A DNA stretch of 64,000 nucleotides from contig JBAYGS010000002.1 in assembly GCA_041666545.1 (NCBI GenBank), positions 6,065 to 70,064 on the forward strand. Reading direction: 5' to 3'. Source of the DNA: Minisyncoccota bacterium. GTDB taxonomy: Bacteria; Patescibacteriota; Minisyncoccia; Phycocordibacterales; JBAYGS01. Numbering within the stretch: the stretch's first letter is position 1; each line of letters starts with the position of its first letter. This document shows, piece after piece, positions 11,477 through 18,817 of the stretch. Under the pieces are notes generated by a model that was not told the DNA's origin, did not search any database, and saw only the letters and a program-made list of their open reading frames with translations. Position numbers and translations under genes: made by a program.

Positions 11477-11998
11477 TCAGAAATTAATCGGTGTTAAGTC
11501 TGTACAACTGTATTTATTGATTCCAAATTGTTCTAAGTTTGAAAATATTGTCCTTGAAGTTGAGGCTATGTTTGCAAGGTATTCTTTTTCGTAACGAGTA
11601 GCTTCACTGTTGCCGCTGATGGTTACTACAAATGGTTTATAAAATTGGCCCTGGTCTAGTTGTTTATTCACAAAGGACATATTGTGTATCATTGTTAGAA
11701 CGGAACTTTTGTCCCCGTGTCTTGATAAATAATTTACAGCCCTATCCATATCGTTTGTATATACTTCAGTCAAGTATCTTGCCAGTACATTCTCATTTTC
11801 TGCCGGTCCAAGTGAAAAGTGTTTTGCGGTTCTCCAGTTTAAGCAGGAAGTAATCTTAACAGTTTTATTGGCAGATAAATCTTGGTTGTAATATTGCATT
11901 ACGGCAATCATAACTCCAAATGCGGCAATAAATGGTCCCCATTTACCGAGGAACTCATTAATTTTTGCTAAATAATTTTCTTTGTCTGCTTCTTTCAT
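11477..11998 (-). CDS. Hypothetical membrane-anchored protein (AT-rich orphan)
   Basis: 173 aa ORF on the opposite strand to its neighbours. Markedly AT-rich. N-terminal TM helix. No recognisable motif. Confidence 0.45.
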   Translation of the reverse strand: MKEADKENYLAKINEFLGKWGPFIAAFGVMIAVMQYYNQDLSANKTVKITSCLNWRTAKHFSLGPAENENVLARYLTEVYTNDMDRAVNYLSRHGDKSSVLTMIHNMSFVNKQLDQGQFYKPFVVTISGNSEATRYEKEYLANIASTSRTIFSNLEQFGINKYSCTDLTPINF

Positions 11999-12088
11999 TT
12001 GATTGATTATTTAATGCTAATGCTATCATCTTCACTTACAAAGTAAATCGCTTCAAAAAAGGCTGATTTTAGGGTATTATTTAAGCCT

Positions 12089-12367
12089 ATGGATGAAGCG
12101 GGAATAGAGAAATTGGCCAAATTGGCCCGGTTGAAGCTTTCGACCGAAGAGAAGAAGAAATTCGCCAAGGAAATTGGCGCGATTTTGGAATATGTCGGCC
12201 AGATCAAGGAGGCTGGGGCAGAAACGGCCGAAAGGAAAATTCCTGATTTGAGAAATGTCATGAGGGCCGATGATGCATCTCACGAAAGCGGAATTCATAC
12301 CGAAGACCTGCTTAATTCAGCGCCGGAGAGAGAAGGGCAGTACATTAAAGTGAAAAAAATTCTCTAA
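12089..12367 (+). CDS. gatC: Glutamyl/aspartyl-tRNA amidotransferase subunit C
   Basis: 92 aa. GatC-like sequence (KLAKLARLKLSTEEKKKF...) immediately upstream of gatA. Confidence 0.8.
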   Translation: MDEAGIEKLAKLARLKLSTEEKKKFAKEIGAILEYVGQIKEAGAETAERKIPDLRNVMRADDASHESGIHTEDLLNSAPEREGQYIKVKKIL

Positions 12368-12507
12368 GCACCAAATGACAAATTACAAGTTCCAAATAAA
12401 TTCCAAGCATCAAATCAATAATAAGTTACCTTGTAATTTTGAATTTATAATTTGATTATTATTTGGAACTTGAATATTAGAATTTGAAATTTTAAATAAC
12501 TGTCGGT

Positions 12508-13959
12508 TTGAACATGATTAACCTAAAAGAACTAACAATCAAGAAGGCTAGAAAGCATTTAGACGATGGTGATTTCACTGCGGTTGATTTGGCCAAAGCT
12601 TATTTGAAAGAAATTGAAGCTAAAAACAAAGAGCTCAATGTTTACTTGGAAGTGTTTTCTGATGTTTTGGAGCAAGCCACAGAAGCTGACCGACAACTTC
12701 AAAACTTCAAAACTTCAAAACTTGAAACTCCGGCTCTGCTCGGTATTCCTCTTGCGATTAAGGATAATATTTTAATCAAAGGCAGAAAGGCCGGTTCAGC
12801 TTCAAAGATTCTTGAAGGTTATGTCGCAACCTATGACGCGACTGCAATTAAAAAATTGAAAGAGGCGGGAGCGATTTTCTTAGGCCGAGTAAACATGGAC
12901 GAGTTTGCCATGGGTGGTTCGACTGAAAATTCAGCTTACGGTCCGACCAGAAATCCTCACGATTCGGGAAGGGTGGCCGGTGGCTCTTCCGGTGGTTCAG
13001 CGGCGGCGGTAGCGGCCAATCTGGCCCTTGGCGCGCTTGGATCTGACACGGGTGGCTCGGTACGACAGCCAGCAAGCTTCTGCGGGGTAGTGGGTTTGAA
13101 ACCCACCTACGGCTCAGTTTCTCGATCAGGACTCATGGCCATGGCCTCATCGCTTGATGTCATCGGTCCGGTTGCCAAAACCGCCGAGGATGCGGAAATA
13201 ATTTTTAATGTTATCAAAGGAAAAGATCCGCTCGACAGCACTTCTTCTAATTTCTCAACTTCTCAACTTCCTAACTTCTCAACTTCTAAACTAACTATCG
13301 GGATTCCGGAAGAGATTTTAAAAATTGAGGGTTTGTCTCAGTCTGTGAGAGAAGTTCTTGATTCTGCCAAAGCTAAATTCGAGTCACTGGGTTTCAAAAT
13401 CAAACCGGTTTCTTTGCCAAAAATAAAATATTCGCTTTCGGCCTATTACATTATTGTGCCGGCCGAAGTTTCTTCCAACATGGCGCGTTTTGACGGCGTG
13501 AAATACGGAGCCAAAGTCCCGGGCGCTGATCTTCTGGAGGACTATCTTAAAACTCGGGGAGAGCTTTTGGGTCCGGAAGTTCGAAGGCGAATTATTATCG
13601 GCACCTATGTGCTTTCTTCCGGCTATTATGACGCTTATTATCACAAAGCCAATGTGGTTCGTGGTTTTATCGCGGATGATTTTGCCAACGCCTTTAAGGA
13701 TGTCGATTTGATTTTGATGCCAACGGCCCCATCACCAGCCTTCAAAATCGGGGAGAAGGCTGCCAATCCTCTAGAGCTTTATCTGGAGGATGTCTTCACG
13801 GTTCCAGCCAATCTGGTTGGTCTACCGGCGATTTCCATTCCGGCCGGTTTCGCGGAGGCAGATGGCAAAAAGTTGCCGGTGGGGATTCAGCTCATTGCTC
13901 CAAAGGGCGGTGAGGGAGTAATATTTAAAGCAAGTAGGGAGTTCTTGAGTGAAAAATAA
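12508..13959 (+). CDS. gatA: Glutamyl/aspartyl-tRNA amidotransferase subunit A (amidase signature family)
   Basis: 483 aa. GIPLAIKDNI, amidase signature GGSSGGSAAAVA. Contains two in-frame 8-mer DNA repeat arrays (12696-12727, 13244-13292). Confidence 0.9.
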   Translation: MNMINLKELTIKKARKHLDDGDFTAVDLAKAYLKEIEAKNKELNVYLEVFSDVLEQATEADRQLQNFKTSKLETPALLGIPLAIKDNILIKGRKAGSASKILEGYVATYDATAIKKLKEAGAIFLGRVNMDEFAMGGSTENSAYGPTRNPHDSGRVAGGSSGGSAAAVAANLALGALGSDTGGSVRQPASFCGVVGLKPTYGSVSRSGLMAMASSLDVIGPVAKTAEDAEIIFNVIKGKDPLDSTSSNFSTSQLPNFSTSKLTIGIPEEILKIEGLSQSVREVLDSAKAKFESLGFKIKPVSLPKIKYSLSAYYIIVPAEVSSNMARFDGVKYGAKVPGADLLEDYLKTRGELLGPEVRRRIIIGTYVLSSGYYDAYYHKANVVRGFIADDFANAFKDVDLILMPTAPSPAFKIGEKAANPLELYLEDVFTVPANLVGLPAISIPAGFAEADGKKLPVGIQLIAPKGGEGVIFKASREFLSEK

Positions 13960-13961
13960 TT

Positions 13962-14531
13962 ATGGACGCCAGATTTTTAAATCTTGAATATTTTTTCCGG
14001 GCCATTTATGACGCTCTGCGCCATCTGACTTTTACCGGAATTTTGGATTACCTCTCGAATATTTTGGCGATTATTACACCTTACTCGATTATGATTTCAG
14101 TCCTGCTTCTGGTCGGGATTGTTTACTGCTTAATGCGAATCAAACAGTTGCGTGAGGCCGAGGAAGAACAGTTTGCTCAAAACAAGGAGGCGGCGGCTGA
14201 GGCCAAGTCGGAAATGGTCAATAAGAAATGGCAAAGAGTTTTGGAACACATCGGTTCGGCCAATCCGGGGGATTGGCGTTTGGCGATTATGGAAGCTGAC
14301 ATTATGCTTGATGAACTTTTGGAAAAATTGGGCTATCAAGGTGATGGGATTGGCGAGAAATTAAAGAGTGTTGAGAAGAGTGATTTTACCTCAATTGATC
14401 AGGCTTGGGAGGCACATAAGGTCAGGAATCAGATTGCGCACGAAGGCTCGGAATTCCAGTTGAGTGAACGCGAGGCCAAGAGGGTAGTCAGTCTTTTCGA
14501 AGCAGTCTTCAAAGAGTTTAAGTTTGTGTAG
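13962..14531 (+). CDS. Hypothetical membrane protein
   Basis: 189 aa. One TM helix, then an acidic coiled-coil-like region. No recognisable motif. Confidence 0.45.
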   Translation: MDARFLNLEYFFRAIYDALRHLTFTGILDYLSNILAIITPYSIMISVLLLVGIVYCLMRIKQLREAEEEQFAQNKEAAAEAKSEMVNKKWQRVLEHIGSANPGDWRLAIMEADIMLDELLEKLGYQGDGIGEKLKSVEKSDFTSIDQAWEAHKVRNQIAHEGSEFQLSEREAKRVVSLFEAVFKEFKFV

Positions 14532-15221
14532 CTAAAATTTTTCAACATGTTTCCGAAAGGCCGAGATAGAACCCAACACTTCTCTTCTTAAATCTGTGCC
14601 CAGTCTGACTTTGACTCTCAAAGTCCCAAGGTAGTTTTCGTTGTTTCCATATACCTTTTTTATGGGGGTTTTAATTAGGCTCGGCTTGGTAAATTGTGTT
14701 TCTGGTATGCCTAAAATCCTCGACCATTTCGAAGTTATCTGCTCGAGCCTTTTTTCGTGTACTCTGTTTATGCTGATACGCAATATCAGTCTGTGCTTGT
14801 CGATTGAGTGTGTCGTCTGTAGCCAAACGAGTATAATTTTAATTATGTCGGGATCGCTGTTGGTGATCCCAAATTCCTCGTTGCCTTTTTTATATCCTTC
14901 CGCCCAATATAGTGCCAAACCTATCATGTTTAAGTCACGCTTAGTTATCTGACCGATCTTGTTGAACCCAGTTTTCGTAAGACTGGCAATTTTTTGCAGC
15001 CGATTTCTTCTAAGTCTTTCAGTGTGGGCGGACAGGCCTCTTAAGCCACTTATTTTAAGCCTGTTCTTTATCTCGGTTTTTTGTTTTTGTGTAAGTGTAA
15101 TATCTCTACACCAATAACTGACCGTCGTCTTGTTTGCCGATAGCAATAATGATATCTCGGTTATTGTTTTTCCAGCTTTTCTTAGAGATCTTGCTTCTTC
15201 TTTTTTCTTAATTTGTGCCAT
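14532..15221 (-). CDS. HTH-domain protein with LAGLIDADG-like endonuclease motif (candidate homing endonuclease-like); paralog of 21464-22051
   Basis: 229 aa, AT-rich. N-terminal HTH (KTITEISLLLSANKTTVSYW). Motif IGLALYWAEGYKKGN...ITNSDPDIIKIIL resembles the single-motif LAGLIDADG family. Lies 87 nt from the intron-containing tRNA-fMet. Confidence 0.5.
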   Translation of the reverse strand: MAQIKKKEEARSLRKAGKTITEISLLLSANKTTVSYWCRDITLTQKQKTEIKNRLKISGLRGLSAHTERLRRNRLQKIASLTKTGFNKIGQITKRDLNMIGLALYWAEGYKKGNEEFGITNSDPDIIKIILVWLQTTHSIDKHRLILRISINRVHEKRLEQITSKWSRILGIPETQFTKPSLIKTPIKKVYGNNENYLGTLRVKVRLGTDLRREVLGSISAFRKHVEKF

Positions 15222-15307
15222 GGTGCTTAGGCAATTGTACCGTACTCGTAATTACAGTGCTTGCTAGCGGCCGTCTTTTGGGTTATCCTTTACCTTGCAG
15301 AGAATAT

Positions 15308-15587
15308 CGCGGGGTAGAGCAGCGGTAGCTCGTCAGGCTCAATTGGGCTCACATATGTAGTAATGCTATGTGGAATATCTATCAAACTCGGTGAAACTTT
15401 ACCTGCCTGTGGCAGCTAGCAATACCGAGCCAAGCCCTGAAATATCAGGGAAGGTGTAGAGACTAGACGGTAGACCCCTTTAGGATAAAGGGTGAAGGTA
15501 TAGTCCAGACCACAAACCGAAAAGGCAACGAAAGTTGTAGTGGTAAGCATAACCTGAAGGTCGTTGGTTCAAATCCAACCCCCGCAA
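15308..15587 (+). tRNA. tRNA-fMet (anticodon CAT, initiator-like) interrupted by a group I intron. Exons are 15308-15339 and 15548-15587.
   Basis: The joined exons (CGCGGGGUAGAGCAGCGGUAGCUCGUCAGGCUCAUAACCUGAAGGUCGUUGGUUCAAAUCCAACCCCCGCAACA) fold as a cloverleaf, closely resemble the E. coli tRNA-fMet sequence as recalled from memory (not aligned), and have a C1xA72 mismatch. No encoded CCA. Confidence 0.8.
15340..15547 (+). ncRNA. Group I self-splicing intron (about 208 nt, small IC3-like) in the anticodon loop between U33 and C34
   Basis: Upstream exon ends in U and the intron ends in G. The core contains GAAGGUGUAGAGACUAGACGG (P7 5' strand / R-like) and AAGGUAUAGUCCAGACC (S-like / P7 3'), as in bacterial tRNA group I introns. 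Confidence 0.75.
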
Positions 15588-15596
15588 CAATTTAAG

Positions 15597-15627
15597 AAAA
15601 ATCGCCCAGAACGGTGGCGATTTTTCT
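15597..15627 (+). terminator. Intrinsic terminator after tRNA-fMet
   Basis: AUCGCC...GGCGAU hairpin followed by UUUUUCUUU. Confidence 0.6.
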
Positions 15628-15659
15628 TTGTAAAAATTTTATGTTATCTTAATTTCATT

Positions 15660-15732
15660 GTCGGGGTAGCTCAGTTGGTAGAGCACAGGACTCATAAGCC
15701 TGGGGTCGTGGGTTCGATCCCCACCCCCGACA
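15660..15732 (+). tRNA. tRNA-Met (CAT; elongator, or the Ile2 lysidine type cannot be excluded)
   Basis: 73 nt cloverleaf: acceptor GUCGGGG/CCCCGAC, D arm GCUC-AGUUGGUA-GAGC, anticodon loop CUCAUAA, T loop UUCGAUC. Confidence 0.85.
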
Positions 15733-15747
15733 CACGAAGTGGTTAGG

Positions 15748-15875
15748 CCGACACGAGTAGTGTCGGCGGGGGATGGGGTCGAAAAGCTTCTCCCATATTT
15801 TTGAGGATTTCCTAATCTGAAAAAACGGGAAAGCTGTACTGAAGCTGCAAGCTTCGACCCCCACCCTCGACACAA
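15748..15875 (+). repeat. Inverted (about 15748-15783) and direct (15852-15873) copies of the tRNA-Met 3' end (T arm plus acceptor)
   Basis: GUGUCGGCGGGGGAUGGGGUCGAA is roughly the reverse complement of UUCGAUCCCCACCCCCGACAC. UUCGACCCCCACCCUCGACA matches the tRNA 3' end at 20 of 22 positions. Confidence 0.6.
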
Positions 15876-16002
15876 ATTTTTCTCTGTGCACAACCGGCTT
15901 GCTTATAAAAAGCGAGTTGTTTTGCTGTATCCACAGACTGACTACTTAAATTTCCGACTAGGAGTATCATTATTGTCAGAACCTCAACCAAAGGATTCGG
16001 TT

Positions 16003-16476
16003 ATGAAAGTTATTAAGTTCGCGGTTGTTTTGTTTGTCTCAATTACGGCGCAGGCCCAGACTAACGCACCATTTGCCTTTGCTAAACTTTCCGACAAGCC
16101 GAGTTTACCACTCGTATCTCCGGAAGGCCGGATTATTGAGGCCAGGATCAAAAAGCTTGACCAGTCCGCTTTTGAAAAACGCGTTGCCAAACTCGGCTTG
16201 CCCCAGCTTCAGCAGAAACCTGAGCCAGCCGGCAGTTTTCAGAAGATTTTGAATGGTATTGACCTCGATCTGCCTGAAGGTGAGGGCCCTGAGATGATCA
16301 ACATCGAGACGGTGAGCTTTGGTCGCGGCAATGCCGAGACTTTTTACGACCGGGTTGATGTCTTCGAGTCAAATCTTTCGCCCCGAGTTTCCGTTTGCTA
16401 TCCGACCTTGATCTTCGAATCTTCGAGCCGAGGCGGCAATGACGGTGCCTTTTTCCTGCTTAATCTCAAGTTCTAG
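16003..16476 (+). CDS. Secreted hypothetical protein
   Basis: Start taken at MKVIKFAVVLFVSITAQA (signal peptide) with AAAGGA 8 nt upstream. The longer ORF call (15886) would overlap the tRNA repeat region. Confidence 0.5.
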   Translation: MKVIKFAVVLFVSITAQAQTNAPFAFAKLSDKPSLPLVSPEGRIIEARIKKLDQSAFEKRVAKLGLPQLQQKPEPAGSFQKILNGIDLDLPEGEGPEMINIETVSFGRGNAETFYDRVDVFESNLSPRVSVCYPTLIFESSSRGGNDGAFFLLNLKF

Positions 16477-16555
16477 TTTCATTCAAAGCGACCCAACCGG
16501 GTCGCTTTTTGTTGCCCTAAAATGAAAAATCTGTTAGATTTTGGTAGTTAGAAAT

Positions 16556-16627
16556 GCGGTTGTAGCTCAACGGTAGAGCACTCCCCTGTCACGGGAGAGG
16601 TCGCGGGGTCAGCACCCGTCAACCGCG
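16556..16627 (+). tRNA. tRNA-Asp (GTC) with atypical T loop
   Basis: Cloverleaf with acceptor GCGGUUG/CAACCGC and anticodon loop CUGUCAC. The T loop is GUCAGCA rather than UUCRANN, so this call is less certain. Confidence 0.6.
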
Positions 16628-16807
16628 CAAACAAAACCCCGCAAGGGGTTTTTGCTTGCGCGGTTGAAGAAATGTCTGGGAGACATTTCGTCGGGTGCTG
16701 ACCAGCGGAGCGGGCACCGGCTCACCAGAGCCGGGCGCGAGCTGGCGGTTAAACAAAGTTTTGCGACGGCAAAACTTTAGTTGGAACCAGCACCCGTCAA
16801 CCGCGCA
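16610..16807 (+). repeat. 20-nt direct repeat of the tRNA-Asp 3' end (16610-16629 and 16788-16807) flanking an inverted copy (16668-16703, split by a hairpin) and a roughly 160-nt hairpin-rich spacer
   Basis: CAGCACCCGUCAACCGCGCA occurs twice. GCGCGGUUGA...CGGGUGCUGACC is its reverse complement carrying an inserted hairpin. A terminator hairpin lies at 16633-16654. Confidence 0.7.
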
Positions 16808-16914
16808 CTGATTTCGTTGCTATTTTAAGCCACGAAGAATTCATGGGTGCAATGGACTTGGACCATGTTATAATTTCCTTATTCATTCATTATTAATTAC
16901 ATACAAATAGTCAT

Positions 16915-17184
16915 ATGGAACAAATTAAAAAAGATCCTAAAATTGAAGGAAATCAAGGCTTGGATGTTATTGTCTCCAGTCTAGCTTCAAGTGGGGCCAA
17001 TCTACCAGGTCTTGAATTAGCTATTAATGATGTTCGTCTGGCAATGCGTGATCCAAGTTCCTCAGACAGACCGAAAGCCAATGCCTCCTTAGACTTATTA
17101 GTACAAGAACTGAATGATAAGGGGGTAGACTTGACTAGAGTGCAGGATCAAGTAACTGCAGTAAGACAAGCAATCCGAGGATAA
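16915..17184 (+). CDS. Hypothetical small protein (AT-rich)
   Basis: 89 aa ORF. Extended -10 TGTTATAAT at about 16866. No motif. Weak call. Confidence 0.3.
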   Translation: MEQIKKDPKIEGNQGLDVIVSSLASSGANLPGLELAINDVRLAMRDPSSSDRPKANASLDLLVQELNDKGVDLTRVQDQVTAVRQAIRG

Positions 17185-17259
17185 TTTTATCCCAAATTGG
17201 GTATTATTATAGGCATACTCGTTGTGGTCTTGAATAGTAGTTCCTATCTCGTCCACTAG

Positions 17260-17293
17260 TCCGCGCAAACAAAAACGCCTCCGGGCGTTTTTG
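17260..17293 (+). repeat. Third partial copy of the tRNA-Asp 3' trailer (CCGCGCAAACAAAA plus terminator hairpin)
   Basis: CCGCGCAAACAAAA followed by AACGCCUCCGGGCGUUUUU. Compare 16622-16654. Confidence 0.5.
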
Positions 17294-17294
17294 C

Positions 17295-17470
17295 TGTTCT
17301 TTTTTGCAGAGAACCCCGCCCGACTCCCTCCGCCCCGCGGAGGGCGGGGTGAATGCATCGGTCTAAACGCGAAGCGCGACCCAAAGGAAACCCCGCATGA
17401 CCGAGTCTTCGAGGAAGCGCGGGGAGGACGTCCGTTTGATTTTTGCCTCGAAGTGAGTAATATCAAAGTA
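17295..17470 (+). ncRNA. GC-rich, highly structured non-coding region (candidate small RNA; identity unknown)
   Basis: Nested hairpins CCCCGCCC..CCCUCCG-CCCCG-CGGAGGG..CGGGG and CCCCGC...GCGGGG. No credible ORF. GC is well above the local level. Confidence 0.3.
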
Positions 17471-17500
17471 GAGAAAACCTAAACAGAAAGGTAGTGTGTT

Positions 17501-18163
17501 ATGGCATGGCCGAAATTGTTAGTTTTGGTGAGACACGCAGAGTCGGAAGGTAATGTGAGAACTTCAGCCGAGCGGGCCAAGTACCCAGTGAGTACTTGGG
17601 AGTATCCGCTTACGCCTCATGGCGAGTGGCAGTCTGGTTGGGCCGGTGACTTTGTTAAGAGGGAGTTCGGCCAATTTGATGTTCGGTATGTTTCCTACTA
17701 CGAACGGTCAAGGCAGACGATGCGGATCATGTTTCCCCACGGCAAAGTCTATGAGGACCCCCGCTTGGCCGAAGCGCAGAGAGGAATTTTTCACACTCTG
17801 ACAAACGAAGAAGTGGCACAGAGGTACCCGGAGGAGGTTCGACGCAAGAAACTGGAAGGCCTCTATCATTACCGGCCACCCGGTGGTGAGAACTGGCCGG
17901 ATGTGGAGTTGAGAATTCACAGCTTTCTCGGGACTTTAAATCGCGATTGCGACGATAAGAAAGTGATCATGGTGGTTCACGGCAACTGGCTCATTCTTTT
18001 TCAGCGCCTGATTCACCATTTCTCAATCAAGGAGGCTGTTAGGAGATATAAGAATGCCACCTTCGATAACGCTTCTGTCACTTGGTACGAAAGTCGAATC
18101 ATCAGAGGTCAGTCTCGATTGATTCTCGTTGGTCAGAATGTTGTTCCTTGGGCCGGTAAATAG
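17501..18163 (+). CDS. Histidine phosphatase family protein (phosphoglycerate mutase-like)
   Basis: LVLVRHAESEGN catalytic RHG-type motif at the N-terminus. 220 aa. Confidence 0.7.
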   Translation: MAWPKLLVLVRHAESEGNVRTSAERAKYPVSTWEYPLTPHGEWQSGWAGDFVKREFGQFDVRYVSYYERSRQTMRIMFPHGKVYEDPRLAEAQRGIFHTLTNEEVAQRYPEEVRRKKLEGLYHYRPPGGENWPDVELRIHSFLGTLNRDCDDKKVIMVVHGNWLILFQRLIHHFSIKEAVRRYKNATFDNASVTWYESRIIRGQSRLILVGQNVVPWAGK

Positions 18164-18302
18164 TCATCGGTCAGCCGCCTGATTTTCGGGCGGCTTTTAA
18201 TTATTTCGTGAGAGATGGATGTCGGTGTGTCTTGGGTTTGTGTACTTTTTTCTTGAAAGTATTTTAGATTGTGCTATTTTAATAAATAGAAGAAAGGTTG
18301 CT

Positions 18303-18677
18303 ATGAAAAAATCATTTGCCGTTAGAATTAGCCGTTTACCTATCAGATCAAGAGATCAGAAGGAAGATTGGCAAGATCTGGCTAAAATTGAGATTGGTGG
18401 GTCAGTTCCCGAAGACTTTGTTGGGTTGTATATGGCCAAGGCCAAAGTTTTTGTCAGTCTTACCACCATGCTGTCAACATTTGTCGATCCGTCTTTTCTT
18501 CCTGAATATAAGTTAAATCTATCTGACGGCAGTCCGTACCTCCGCTTTACTGGGTCTCATCGGGTAGCCTATGCCAAATGCGATGTCCATAGAGTTAATG
18601 GGGCGGAAATACAGCTGTTTTGGACACATCTCGCTGCTGTGGCGCGACTTCACGATTGGTTGGAAGTGGCTACTTGA
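18303..18677 (+). CDS. Hypothetical protein
   Basis: Start taken at MKKSFAV. Flanked by terminators at 18173-18200 and 18715-18740. Confidence 0.4.
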   Translation: MKKSFAVRISRLPIRSRDQKEDWQDLAKIEIGGSVPEDFVGLYMAKAKVFVSLTTMLSTFVDPSFLPEYKLNLSDGSPYLRFTGSHRVAYAKCDVHRVNGAEIQLFWTHLAAVARLHDWLEVAT

Positions 18678-18817
18678 ATCTGTATTTAATAATACCGATT
18701 TGTCTCCCTATCTCGGCCCCGATTAAGCGGGGCCTTTTGTATCGTCATCTGATAATATCAGCTAAGAGATTTTTCCTGACCTACTTGGTATACTTTCTCT
18801 ATATCTAATCTCTTTCA

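Noticed and set aside
15886-16002. Long N-terminal extension of the 15886-16476 ORF.
   Set aside because: It overlaps the tRNA-Met 3'-end repeat and has no RBS. The downstream Met (16003) has an AAAGGA RBS and begins a signal peptide.
16556-16807. Considered that tRNA-Asp might carry an intron in the T loop, using the downstream direct repeat as a second exon.
   Set aside because: Both copies share the same atypical 3' T-loop half, and no arrangement restores a canonical UUCRANN loop. It is kept as a single tRNA with an atypical T loop plus repeats.
17295-17470. Tried to identify the GC-rich structured block as SRP RNA, RNase P RNA, tmRNA or 6S RNA.
   Set aside because: None of the diagnostic conserved motifs are present, so it is left as an unknown structured region.
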